Part shown: positions 18,687 through 28,697 of the stretch, piece by piece
Position numbering within the stretch: position 1 is the first letter of the stretch
Layout of the letters: the number at the start of each line of letters is the position of its first letter
DNA from: Candidatus Parcubacteria bacterium
Lineage (GTDB): Bacteria; Patescibacteriota; Minisyncoccia; Minisyncoccales; JAGMDC01
Length of the DNA stretch: 47,894 nt
Assembly (NCBI GenBank): GCA_023128895.1
Contig: JAGMDC010000001.1
Coordinates: forward strand, 1-47,894
Direction of reading: 5' to 3'
Made by a program: the position numbers and the translations under genes
The notes under the pieces: model-generated
What the model saw: the letters and a program-made list of their open reading frames with translations, nothing else
The model's database searches: none
Told to the model about the DNA's origin: nothing

Positions 18687-21600
18687 ATGAAATTCACGCA
18701 TTTACATATGCATACTCACTATTCTTTGCTGGACGGATTGTCAAAGATTGACGAACTTTTGGATTATGTCAAAGAATTAGGAATGGATTCCTGCGCCATA
18801 ACCGACCACGGCGTTTTGTACGGCGCCGTAGAATTTTATCAAAAAGCAAAAAAACGCGGCATAAAACCAATTATCGGCTGCGAGGTCTATATGGCTTATG
18901 GGCGGATGGACCAGCGCCGCTCCAACATAGATGATAAAAGGTATCATCTTGTTTTGCTGGTTAAAAATGAAACCGGGTATAAAAACTTGGTGAAACTGGT
19001 TACAAAAGCCCATTTAGAGGGCTTTTATTACAAACCAAGAATTGACGATGAACTTTTAGCCCGGCACTGCGACGGCCTTATCGCGATGACTGGGTGCGTC
19101 CAGGGCAGGATTCCAAGATATATTCTTTCCGACAAAATAGATGAGGCGGAAAAGTTGGCTCTGAAATATCAAAATATGTTTGGCCAAGGAAATTTTTATT
19201 TAGAACTTCAATGCCATCCTAATTTGTTAAAACAGAAACAAGCAAATCAAGGATTGATTGCTTTGTCAAAAAAATTAAACATCCCTTTAGTTGCCACTAA
19301 TGACTGCCATTATCTTCGCAAAGAAGATAATGAGGCGCAAGATGTTCTAATGATGATAAGCACTGATACAAAATCAGACAACTCTGACCGCAAGACAATG
19401 AAATTTGACGATTATTCCGTGAAGTCTCCTGAAACAATGATTGCTGATTTCAAAGACACGCCAAGCGCGATTGAAAACACCCAAAAAATCATGAAGCAAT
19501 GCAACTTTGATTTTAAGTTAGGCGAAATCAAACTCCCTTATTATCAAGTTCCAGACAATAAACAAACAGATGAATATTTGAGAGAACTTTGCGAGCAAGG
19601 GTTGGAAAAACGATTTGAAAAAAACCACCCGAATATTCAAACAATTAAAGAGCGTATGAATTACGAATTATCAGTAATCCATAAAATGGGCTTTGATTCG
19701 TATTTTTTAATTGTCCAGGACTTTGTTAATTGGGCAAAGCAAAACAGAATTGTCGTTGGTCCGGGCAGGGGAAGCGCCGCTGGGTCAATAGTTTCGTATT
19801 TGTTGAACATCACTGACATAGATCCAATAAAATATAATTTGTTGTTTGAAAGATTCTTAAATCCTTCGCGCGTATCAATGCCTGATATTGATTTGGATTT
19901 TACTGATTGGAGAAGGGACGAAGTAATAAATTATATCAGACAAAAATATGGGGAAGACAAAGTCGCGCAAATTATCACTTTTGGAACAATGGCTGCTCGC
20001 GCTGTTATCAGGGATGTTGGAAGGGCCTTAAATTATCAATACAGTTATTGCGATGTCCTGGCTAAAAAAATCCCTTTTGGCTTTACCCTTGACCAGACCC
20101 TAAAAAAAGTGAATGAATTTAGAGAAGTGTATGAATCAGACGAACAAGCCACGCGCCTGATTGACTTGGCTAAAAAGTTAGAAGGCGTGGTGAGGCACGC
20201 GTCCACGCACGCTTGCGGAGTTGTAATGTCAAAAGAACCTTTAACTGATTTGGTTCCTTTGCAGCATCCTACCCAAAATGACGACACTATTGTGACGCAA
20301 TACGGAATGCATGCTATTGAAGATTTAGGCCTGTTAAAAATGGATCTTCTCGGCTTAAAAAATCTTACTATAATAGAAGATACGCTCACGCGCGTTTACA
20401 AAGTGCAAAACAAATCCCTGAATATAGAAAACATTCCTCTAGACGATGAAAAAGTTTATGAAATTTTGCAAAAAGGAGAGAGTACATCTATTTTTCAATT
20501 GGAATGTTTAGCAGGAGATACTAAAGTTTCCACTACAACAATCAAAAAATTATACGAACAAAGAAATAAAAAAAATTTACACTCATTATATCTTGACGAA
20601 GGAAAAATTCATAAAAACAAAATTTTAGATGTTGTTTGTTCCGGAAAAAAGGAATTATACACTTTAGTAGTAGAAAATAATTGGTATATCAAAGCCACGA
20701 AAAATCACTATTTTTTAACCGAAAGTGGCTGGAAAACATTGGGAGAAATAAAAATCGATGAAAAAATTTTAATAAAATCCAAATACGATCATCTTGTTTA
20801 CAATATTTGTAAGACCTGCGGAAAACAGATCAGCGGGCGAAGAGAAGGAAAAAGTAATTTTTGCTATAAATGTTCAGCGAGTTTTTATAAAAATCCAAGT
20901 AAAAAGGAGGTTAGAGAAAAAATCAAAGCGTCAAGAATAAAATTTTATCAACAAGGAGGAAAACCTTGGAATCTTGGATTAAGTAAAACAAATAATAAAA
21001 TCCTTGAGAATACTGGGAAAAAAATATCTAAAGCGTTGAAAGGTAGAAGCCTTGAAGAATTATGGGGGAAAGAAAGAGCGGTAAAATTTAAAAAAACGCA
21101 CTCTGCAAAAATGAAAGGGGAAGGAAACCCAATGTTCGGAAAACCATCTCCACATAGGAAAGGAGGTTTTAGGGAAGACTTAAATCATTATGTTCGATCT
21201 AATTGGGAAGCAGATTTTGCGAGAATTTTGAAACTACATAATCTAAAATATGAATACGAGCCTAAATCTTTCGAATTAATAAAAACAAATAATGAAATTC
21301 TTCATTATACTCCGGATTTTTATGTAAAATCAAATAATACATTTTATGAAATTAAAGGATGGTTGCATGATTTAGACGAGCAAAAAATGGAATTATTTCA
21401 AAAACAATACCCTCAATATAATTTTGTTTTGATAAGCGCTACTAAATTCGCTGAGTTTGCGCTAAAATATAAAAATTTAGTCAAATGGGAATGCCCGAGA
21501 CTTCCAGCCAAAAACCGATACAAATTTATAAAAGTGAAAAAAAAGATTTATAGCGGAAAAGAAGAAACTTACGATATCACAATGGAGTCTCCCGGAAATA

Positions 21601-23006
21601 ATTTTATAGCCAATGGTTTTGTAGTTCATAATTCAGATGGAATGAAAAGATATCTAAAACAATTAAAGCCAACAGAGTTTGAGGACATTATCGCAATGGT
21701 CTCCCTATACAGGCCGGGACCTATGGCATTTATCCCTGAATATATCAAAGGCAAAGAAAATCCTGATAGCATCAAATATCTTAATCCAAAATTAGAGCCA
21801 ATCCTAAAAAGCACTTATGGAATAATGATTTATCAGGAGCAATTAATGCAGATTGCGCAGCAATTCGCGGGATTCAGTTTGGCTGAAGCAGATATATTAA
21901 GAAAAGCAGTGGGCAAAAAAATAAAAGAACTTTTATTCCAGCAAAAAGAAAAATTTATTCAAGGCGCTGTGAATCAAGGCGCAAGCAAAGAAATCGCGCA
22001 GAAAATCTGGGAATGGATTTTGCCTTTCGCGAGTTATGGGTTTAATCGCTCGCATGGGGCGTCTTACGCAATGATAGCGTATAGAACCGCTTATTTGAAA
22101 GTTCATTATCCGGTAGAGTTTATGGCGGCCGTATTAACTTCTGAAAAAAACGATGTTGAAAAAATCGCTTTTCTGATTGACGAATGCAATAGAATGAAAA
22201 TTGAAGTTCTGCCGCCTGATATTAACGAAAGTTTCAGAAATTTCAGCGTGATTCCAGACGTACACAAAATAAGATTTGGCTTGCTGGCGATTAAAAATGT
22301 TGGAGAAAATGTAGTTGAAGCAATAGTGGAGGAAAGAAAGCAGGGAGGAGAATTTTCGTCTATTGCTGATTTTATGGAAAGAATTCCTGTAAATAACCTT
22401 AATAAAAAATCAATGGAAAGTTTAATCAAAGCAGGGGCTTTTGACAAATTTGAAGAAAGAAACAAACTTTTGCAAAATTTGGAAAGATTGTTGGAATGGG
22501 CGCGCGAAACCCAAAGAAATAAAGAAAACGGGCAAAAAGGACTTTTTGAGTCAATGGCACAGGATGGCGGTACGAATCACAACACGCCTACGCTTGTAAA
22601 TGTGTCTCCTATTCCGGAAAAAGAAAAACTGCTCTGGGAAAAACAACTTTTAGGACTTTATATCAGCGGCCATCCATTAGAAAGCTTTAAAAAAGTTTTT
22701 GCAGGAGTAACGGTTCCCTTGAAATATGTTTGCGAAAATTCGCGCATTACTGGAAAAAAAGTTAAAGTCGGCGGCATAATTTCTTCAATCAAAAAAATTA
22801 ACACTAAAACAGGCAGGCAAATGCTGTTTGTCAAATTAGAAGACCAGACAAGTAAAATTGAATTAGTCGTTTTCCCAACTATTTTGGAGCAAAGTCCGAT
22901 TATTTTTGAAGAAAACAAAATTATTATGGTGGACGGACGGGTTGACAATCGCGGAGGCGTTCCAAAAATCATCTGCCAGAGTGTTGAAGAGGTGATAGAA
23001 TCATAA
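18687..23006 (+). CDS. dnaE: DNA polymerase III alpha subunit containing an intein
   Basis: PHP HLHMHTHYSLLDG, PGRGSAAGS, MPDIDLDF, HACGVV, YGFNRSH; intein inserted at FQLE|SDGM. Confidence 0.97.
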   Translation: MKFTHLHMHTHYSLLDGLSKIDELLDYVKELGMDSCAITDHGVLYGAVEFYQKAKKRGIKPIIGCEVYMAYGRMDQRRSNIDDKRYHLVLLVKNETGYKNLVKLVTKAHLEGFYYKPRIDDELLARHCDGLIAMTGCVQGRIPRYILSDKIDEAEKLALKYQNMFGQGNFYLELQCHPNLLKQKQANQGLIALSKKLNIPLVATNDCHYLRKEDNEAQDVLMMISTDTKSDNSDRKTMKFDDYSVKSPETMIADFKDTPSAIENTQKIMKQCNFDFKLGEIKLPYYQVPDNKQTDEYLRELCEQGLEKRFEKNHPNIQTIKERMNYELSVIHKMGFDSYFLIVQDFVNWAKQNRIVVGPGRGSAAGSIVSYLLNITDIDPIKYNLLFERFLNPSRVSMPDIDLDFTDWRRDEVINYIRQKYGEDKVAQIITFGTMAARAVIRDVGRALNYQYSYCDVLAKKIPFGFTLDQTLKKVNEFREVYESDEQATRLIDLAKKLEGVVRHASTHACGVVMSKEPLTDLVPLQHPTQNDDTIVTQYGMHAIEDLGLLKMDLLGLKNLTIIEDTLTRVYKVQNKSLNIENIPLDDEKVYEILQKGESTSIFQLECLAGDTKVSTTTIKKLYEQRNKKNLHSLYLDEGKIHKNKILDVVCSGKKELYTLVVENNWYIKATKNHYFLTESGWKTLGEIKIDEKILIKSKYDHLVYNICKTCGKQISGRREGKSNFCYKCSASFYKNPSKKEVREKIKASRIKFYQQGGKPWNLGLSKTNNKILENTGKKISKALKGRSLEELWGKERAVKFKKTHSAKMKGEGNPMFGKPSPHRKGGFREDLNHYVRSNWEADFARILKLHNLKYEYEPKSFELIKTNNEILHYTPDFYVKSNNTFYEIKGWLHDLDEQKMELFQKQYPQYNFVLISATKFAEFALKYKNLVKWECPRLPAKNRYKFIKVKKKIYSGKEETYDITMESPGNNFIANGFVVHNSDGMKRYLKQLKPTEFEDIIAMVSLYRPGPMAFIPEYIKGKENPDSIKYLNPKLEPILKSTYGIMIYQEQLMQIAQQFAGFSLAEADILRKAVGKKIKELLFQQKEKFIQGAVNQGASKEIAQKIWEWILPFASYGFNRSHGASYAMIAYRTAYLKVHYPVEFMAAVLTSEKNDVEKIAFLIDECNRMKIEVLPPDINESFRNFSVIPDVHKIRFGLLAIKNVGENVVEAIVEERKQGGEFSSIADFMERIPVNNLNKKSMESLIKAGAFDKFEERNKLLQNLERLLEWARETQRNKENGQKGLFESMAQDGGTNHNTPTLVNVSPIPEKEKLLWEKQLLGLYISGHPLESFKKVFAGVTVPLKYVCENSRITGKKVKVGGIISSIKKINTKTGRQMLFVKLEDQTSKIELVVFPTILEQSPIIFEENKIIMVDGRVDNRGGVPKIICQSVEEVIES
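20505..21632 (+). mobile_element. Intein (376 aa) with homing-endonuclease-like insert
   Basis: Starts CLAGDTKV, block B ATKNHYF, ends YDIT..NNFIANGFVVHN|S; central CxxC..CxxC, NPMFGK motif and YTPDF..EIKG nuclease. Confidence 0.92.
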
Positions 23007-23045
23007 TTTATTGCTTATTTTTTAGTTTGAGGTATTATAAATACA

Positions 23046-24767
23046 ATGGAGATTGATACAATAAGGCATTCATTGGCTCATATACTGGCTATGGCGGTGC
23101 AGGAACTCTATCCAGGGGTTAAATTTGGCATTGGACCAGCAATAGACCAGGGTTTCTATTATGATTTTGATTTGCCTAATCCCCTCTCACCTGCTGATTT
23201 GCCAAAGATTGAGAAGAAAATGAGACAGCTCATAAAACAAAATTTGAAGTTTGAAAAAAAAATAATTTCTATTACGGAATGTAAAAAACTTTTCAAAGAC
23301 CAGCCATATAAATTAGAACTCATCAAAGAACTTAAAAAAATCACGATTTATCAATCTGGAAATTTTGTGGATTTATGCAAAGGCCCGCATATTAAAACAA
23401 CAAAAGAAATAAATCCTGACGCGTTCAAACTTACGAAGATCGCTGGAGCATATTGGAGAGGCGATGAAAAAAATCAAATGCTCACGCGTATTTACGGCAT
23501 TGCTTTTAACACAAAAAAAGAACTCGCGCAATACATTAAACAACTGGAAGAAGCTGAAAAAAGAGACCATCGCGTTTTGGGCAAAAAATTGGACTTGTTC
23601 ATCTTTTCTGATTTAATTGGAAAAGGGTTGCCGTTATTAACTCCAAAAGGCGCTGTTATCAGGCAGGAATTAGAAAAATTCATTATTAACGAAGAAACAA
23701 AAAGAGGATATTCGCGTGTTTATACGCCTGATTTGGCAAAAATTGACTTATACAAAAAATCCGGACATTGGCAGCATTATAAAGAAAGTATGTACCCTCC
23801 GATTAATGTTGACGGCGAGGATTATGTTTTGCGGCCAATGGCTTGCCCCCATCATTTTGCGCTCTATAATTCCAAACCAAGAAGTTACCGCGACCTTCCT
23901 ATAAGATACGCGGAAATCGTAAAACAATACAGAAAAGAACAGTCAGGAGAACTGTCAGGATTGGTGCGAGTTATGTGCTTTTCGCTTGTTGACGCGCACA
24001 TTATCTGCACACAAAATCAGGTTGAACAAGAATTCAAAAATGTTCTGGAATTAATCCAATATAGTATGAAAGTTCTTGGCATTAAAGATTACTGGTATAG
24101 ATTTTCAAGATGGGACCCAAAAGACAAAAAAAAATATATTGACAATCCAAAAGCGTGGAGATTAACACAATTTTTGATGAAAAGAATTTTGGATAAATTA
24201 AAATTAAAATACATATCAGCAGACGGAGAAGCCGCGTTTTACGGTCCAAAACTGGATATTCAGATGAGAAATGTCAATGGGAAAGAAGATACCGCGTTCA
24301 CGGTGCAGATAGATTTTGCCCTGCCTGAAAAATTTGGGTTAACTTACACAAACGAAAAAGGGAAACAGCAAAGACCAATGGTTATCCACCGTTCGTCTAT
24401 CGGATGCATTGAGCGGACAATGGCGTTTCTAATAGAACAATACGCCGGCGCGTTTCCATTGTGGCTGTCCCCTGTCCAAATTTGGATAATCCCTATTGCT
24501 AATCGTCATAATAAATATGCTAATGAAATTGGCAAAATGTTTCAAAATTCAGATTTCAGGTTTCAAATAAGAGATGAAAATGAAACAGTTGGAAAAAAAA
24601 TTCGCGAAGGAGAAATCCAAAAAATTCCTTATCTATTGGTCGTCGGCGACAAAGAACAAAAAGCAAAATCCATCAGTGTCCGCAAACGCGGTAAAAAAGA
24701 CATCGAAGAAACAAAACTTGACAAATTTATTGAAAAAATCACCAAAGAATATCAATCTCGCCTTTAA
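23046..24767 (+). CDS. thrS: Threonine--tRNA ligase (no N-terminal TGS domain)
   Basis: RHSLAH, DLCKGPH, RDHRVLG, RPMACPHH, FYGPKLD, IHRS..GCIER. Confidence 0.96.
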   Translation: MEIDTIRHSLAHILAMAVQELYPGVKFGIGPAIDQGFYYDFDLPNPLSPADLPKIEKKMRQLIKQNLKFEKKIISITECKKLFKDQPYKLELIKELKKITIYQSGNFVDLCKGPHIKTTKEINPDAFKLTKIAGAYWRGDEKNQMLTRIYGIAFNTKKELAQYIKQLEEAEKRDHRVLGKKLDLFIFSDLIGKGLPLLTPKGAVIRQELEKFIINEETKRGYSRVYTPDLAKIDLYKKSGHWQHYKESMYPPINVDGEDYVLRPMACPHHFALYNSKPRSYRDLPIRYAEIVKQYRKEQSGELSGLVRVMCFSLVDAHIICTQNQVEQEFKNVLELIQYSMKVLGIKDYWYRFSRWDPKDKKKYIDNPKAWRLTQFLMKRILDKLKLKYISADGEAAFYGPKLDIQMRNVNGKEDTAFTVQIDFALPEKFGLTYTNEKGKQQRPMVIHRSSIGCIERTMAFLIEQYAGAFPLWLSPVQIWIIPIANRHNKYANEIGKMFQNSDFRFQIRDENETVGKKIREGEIQKIPYLLVVGDKEQKAKSISVRKRGKKDIEETKLDKFIEKITKEYQSRL

Positions 24768-24781
24768 TTCTCAAAAATTTT

Positions 24782-26368
24782 ATGCTATCTCAACAAACCC
24801 AACAATTAATTTCCAAATATCAAAAATTGCAGGAATTATCTGAAATTAGCGAAAATGTTCCATTAATTCATGTTGATGAAGTCGCTTCAAAAGTAGCGGC
24901 TTTTTATGAAAAAATGAAAGGAATAGTTGATTGGAAAGAAGAGCATCTTTTAAGAAAAAGAATGATTGAAAGAACATTAAAAAGAAAAATTATTTTTCAA
25001 AAAGAAAATAAGGAAATGGCTGAATCCTTGATATATGAACTTATCCGTTCAGGGCATTTTCCAAATGACAGCATTCCAGAGTCCAAAATTGATGAAATTC
25101 AAAAAATTATAAACAAATACTTTTTTATATTTGAAAAATCGCCTGGACAAAATCAAAAAGAAAAAGCGCAACTCCAAAGTTGGCTTATAGATATTGAGAG
25201 TTATGAAATAGAAAAAACTTTGTCGCCTTCTATGGAAGAAGAAACCCTGATTGAGTATATGACCGGCTTAATGACAGAAAAAATTAAAATACAGGGCAGA
25301 AAAGAAAAATTGAACGAAGATGAAAAAAATACTCAAATTTATATCGCTGTTCAAAGAGCGCTTTTCAAATTTGACGAATCCACTATCATTTATTATCTTT
25401 TGTGTAAAAAATATTCAGAATGGCAGAATTTTTCTTCATCCTCTCCCCTGCTTTTGAAAATCGCTGAAAATATTTATCTTGTGAAAGAAAATATTGAAAA
25501 AAAACTTAACCATCCATTATCTATAAAATTTTTGAAAATTTGCGAAAAATATAATACTCCTTATTTGATTTTAGGGGACATTATATCAGAAAAACCCAAC
25601 AATGCAAAAGAAAATTTAGAAAATACAGAAATCTTAGAAAATAAGATTAAAGAGTCATACAACCAGCGGTTAAAAAAATTAAAAGGCCGTTTGAAAAGAG
25701 CCGCAATTTACAGCACTCTTTCTATTTTTATAACTAAAGTTGCGTTAGCATTAGCAATAGAAATCCCTATTGATAAATTAATCGGCGATTTCAGTTCTTT
25801 AAGTTTGGGAATTAATATCTTATTTCCGCCGTTTTTAATGTTTCTTATAGTGGCGAGCATCAGGCCGCCAAAAGAAGAAAATTTTGAACGAGTAATGATG
25901 GAAGTGACAAAAATTGTTTATCAGCGCGAAAAACAAGATATTTATACTTTAAAAATTCCCGAAAAAAGAGGGAAAATGTTAAATTTTGTGATTTTCTTTA
26001 TTTTTGGATTGGCGTTCCTTGCTTCTTTCGGCATAATAATAAAAATTTTGGGAAAATTAAATTTCGGAATCCTTTCAATGCTTATATTTATCTTTTTCGT
26101 TTCTATAATAAGCTTTTTGGGCGTAAAAATCAGAGAAAGAAGCAAAGAACTTACTATAAAAGAGAAAAAAGATACTTTTATTAGTTCATTATTTGATTTT
26201 TTTACTCTTCCGGTGATAGAAATGGGCGGATGGCTTTCAGAAAAATGGTCGCGCTTGAATATAGCGCTAATCATATCCGCTCTAATTGATATGCCTCTTC
26301 TGGCTTTTGTTCAATTTCTGGAACAGTGGCGTTATTTCTTAAAAGAAAAAAAAGAAGAAATACATTGA
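24782..26368 (+). CDS. Large hypothetical integral membrane protein
   Basis: 528 aa; helical N-terminus (AAFYEK..EEHLLR) and several C-terminal TM segments. Confidence 0.75.
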   Translation: MLSQQTQQLISKYQKLQELSEISENVPLIHVDEVASKVAAFYEKMKGIVDWKEEHLLRKRMIERTLKRKIIFQKENKEMAESLIYELIRSGHFPNDSIPESKIDEIQKIINKYFFIFEKSPGQNQKEKAQLQSWLIDIESYEIEKTLSPSMEEETLIEYMTGLMTEKIKIQGRKEKLNEDEKNTQIYIAVQRALFKFDESTIIYYLLCKKYSEWQNFSSSSPLLLKIAENIYLVKENIEKKLNHPLSIKFLKICEKYNTPYLILGDIISEKPNNAKENLENTEILENKIKESYNQRLKKLKGRLKRAAIYSTLSIFITKVALALAIEIPIDKLIGDFSSLSLGINILFPPFLMFLIVASIRPPKEENFERVMMEVTKIVYQREKQDIYTLKIPEKRGKMLNFVIFFIFGLAFLASFGIIIKILGKLNFGILSMLIFIFFVSIISFLGVKIRERSKELTIKEKKDTFISSLFDFFTLPVIEMGGWLSEKWSRLNIALIISALIDMPLLAFVQFLEQWRYFLKEKKEEIH

Positions 26369-27648
26369 AATACTATATCATTACTTTTGGCTGCCAGATG
26401 AATGTAAGTGATTCATGCAGAATCGCTGCTGAAATGGAAAAAATTGGATACTCTTCAGCCCTAAATATAAACAGGGCTGATTTAATTGTGGTTAATATGT
26501 GTTCTGTGCGCCAGACAGCCGTTGACAGAGTGTACGGTCAAGTGAAAAATTTCAAAAAATTAAAAAAGAAAAATCCGCGATTGAAAATTATTCTAACCGG
26601 CTGCATTTTGAAATCAGACATTAAAAAACTCCGAAAAAAGCAAGAATACGACTTTATCCTTCCAATTAAAACACTCGCTTTTTGGCGCAAAATTTTGAAG
26701 CAAAAACAATATGTCGGTTCATTTAAGGCAAGAGATTCCGAAAATTGCGATTATTTAAAAATCAAGCCAAAATACGCGTCTAAATTTTCCGCGTATATTC
26801 CAATCATTATTGGGTGTAATAATTTTTGCTCCTACTGCGTTGTTCCTTATACTCGAGGTCAGGAATTTTCCAGACCGGCATATCATATTGTTAAAGAAAT
26901 AAAACAATTAGCAAAAAATGGATACAAAGAGATATGGCTTATTGGGGAAAATGTTAATAGTTATAGATACAAACAAATGAACTTTCCTAAATTATTAAAA
27001 ATGATTGATAAAATATCCGGAAATTTCTGGATTAGATTTACATCTTCGCATCCAAAGGATTTTTCAGATGAGTTGATTGACACAATCGCTAAAGCGAAAA
27101 AAATCACAAAATATATTAGTTTGCCTGTGCAATCCGGAGACGATGAAATCCTGAAAAAAATGAACAGGCCGTATACAATCAAGCAGTATAAAGATTTAAT
27201 TCGAAAAATACGCAAAAAAATTCCAGATGTTATGTTGTCCACTGATGTAATTGTGGGCTTCCCGGAAGAAACAAAAAAACAATTTGAAAATACTGTAAAA
27301 CTTTTCAAAGAAATTAAGCCTGATATGGCTTATATCGCGCAATATTCGCCTCGCGCCGGGACCGCTGCGCTTGAGATAGGAGACACTGTTCCCCAAAAAG
27401 AAAAAATTAGGAGGGACAAATATATCACAAAAATTCTTGAACAAACCGCTTTATTCAACAACAAAAAATACATTGGAAAACAAGTAGAAATGCTTGTGGA
27501 ATACGAAAGAAAGGGATGGCTTATTGGCAAGACAAAAGAATATAAAACAATAAAAGTAAAAGGCGCTAAAAATTTAATTGGGAAAATTGTTAAAGCGAAA
27601 GTAATTGACGCTATTCCTTGGGGATTAAAAGGTGAATTAATAAAATAA
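26365..27648 (+). CDS. miaB: tRNA methylthiotransferase MiaB
   Basis: TFGCQMN, NMCSVR, TGC, radical SAM CNNFCSYC, TDVIVGFPEET, TRAM tail; probable TTG start overlapping the upstream TGA. Confidence 0.9.
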   Translation: MKYYIITFGCQMNVSDSCRIAAEMEKIGYSSALNINRADLIVVNMCSVRQTAVDRVYGQVKNFKKLKKKNPRLKIILTGCILKSDIKKLRKKQEYDFILPIKTLAFWRKILKQKQYVGSFKARDSENCDYLKIKPKYASKFSAYIPIIIGCNNFCSYCVVPYTRGQEFSRPAYHIVKEIKQLAKNGYKEIWLIGENVNSYRYKQMNFPKLLKMIDKISGNFWIRFTSSHPKDFSDELIDTIAKAKKITKYISLPVQSGDDEILKKMNRPYTIKQYKDLIRKIRKKIPDVMLSTDVIVGFPEETKKQFENTVKLFKEIKPDMAYIAQYSPRAGTAALEIGDTVPQKEKIRRDKYITKILEQTALFNNKKYIGKQVEMLVEYERKGWLIGKTKEYKTIKVKGAKNLIGKIVKAKVIDAIPWGLKGELIK

Positions 27649-27652
27649 AAAA

Positions 27653-27674
27653 GAATAGTGGAAATCCACTATTC
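27653..27674. terminator. Hairpin between convergent miaB and cassette ORF
   Basis: GAATAGTGG-aaat-CCACTATTC with flanking A-run. Confidence 0.6.
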
Positions 27675-28037
27675 ATAAGCGCATAAAAGGGCAGAAGGAG
27701 ATATGGCTTTTATTTCTAATTTTGTGATATGGGCTATGTTGTTTCCAATATGATTTTTGAGCCATTCGCGCGACCATTCTTCTATTGTCTTCAACGAACC
27801 GAACAAAGCGACTAAAATCTGTATTTCTATTCTTGTTTTTTTCCCCATTTCAATCTTTAAAAACTCTATTTCTGCTTGAAACGAGTCATCGATTTCTTGA
27901 GTTTTCGTTTTAATAAAATATTCTATTTCCTCTTTCTCGCAATACTCTAACTTGAAAATCCCGTTTATCATTATTAGATGGCTCGCCATTACTCCAATCT
28001 TCCCTATTGTTATTGCATAACTCCCTTTTTTTTCCAT
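27669..28037 (-). CDS. Orphan protein (cassette downstream of the gatB remnant)
   Basis: 122 aa, AGGAG RBS, promoter TTGACA-N17-TACTCT at 28105-28077. Confidence 0.6.
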   Translation of the reverse strand: MEKKGSYAITIGKIGVMASHLIMINGIFKLEYCEKEEIEYFIKTKTQEIDDSFQAEIEFLKIEMGKKTRIEIQILVALFGSLKTIEEWSREWLKNHIGNNIAHITKLEIKAISPSALLCAYE

Positions 28038-28096
28038 CTTTCTTCTCCTATTTTTTATTTCTTAGTTTCTACTTTTAGAGTAGAAATATTTTTCGT

Positions 28097-28150
28097 TTAT
28101 GTCAAGTTTTTCTTTAATAATTGAGCAACGGTTTCTGGGTCTGCCTTGCC
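28097..28150 (-). repeat. Direct-repeat copy of the gatB 3' end (att-like)
   Basis: 51/54 identical to 28698-28751; encodes GKADPETVAQLLKKNLT*. Confidence 0.92.
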
Positions 28151-28152
28151 AT

Positions 28153-28174
28153 AAAAAAAAGCGGATTCCTCCGC
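28153..28174 (-). terminator. Intrinsic terminator of the 145-aa cassette
   Basis: GCGGA-ggaa-TCCGC followed by T8 on the minus strand. Confidence 0.7.
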
Positions 28175-28199
28175 ATCTGTTTCGTCGTTTGTTATACTG

Positions 28200-28637
28200 T
28201 TATTTTGCTGCCAAAAAATTGTTTGACAGTTCAATAATCTCGTCTCGCGCTACCAAATTTTCCACTGCTTCTGCCGCGCGCTTTTTAACTGAGTCTAGAT
28301 TGGACTCGCATGCTGCCCAAAAAAGCATCGTTTTAATGTCGCTTTTTTCTTTTGTAGTCGCGTCGTTCCAGCGTTTTTCCAATAACGCTATTAAGAATAG
28401 CGAAAAATTTTTATCAACGTAAAAAATATCTTTATCGCTGGCGACCTCAATCAGCATCGCTATTGTTATTCCCTTTACTCTTTCGTCTTCTACTGCCTGA
28501 AAAAATTCTATTTTGGTGAAGCCCGAATTTTGTAAAGACATCACTTTTTCAAGCATTGCGACAACATCTTTCCTTGTTTTTTCTTTTTCTTCTTCCGCTT
28601 CTATTTCCTTGTTCCCTCTTTTTTTCAATATTATCAC
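28200..28637 (-). CDS. Orphan helical protein (cassette; start may be TTG about 28628)
   Basis: AGGAGGTG RBS, promoter TTGACA-N17-TACTAT at 28706-28678. Confidence 0.65.
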   Translation of the reverse strand: MIILKKRGNKEIEAEEEKEKTRKDVVAMLEKVMSLQNSGFTKIEFFQAVEDERVKGITIAMLIEVASDKDIFYVDKNFSLFLIALLEKRWNDATTKEKSDIKTMLFWAACESNLDSVKKRAAEAVENLVARDEIIELSNNFLAAK

Positions 28638-28697
28638 CTCCTATTTTTTTTAATAAAAAATATTATCTACTAATGAAATAGTAGTATAAAACAAAAA

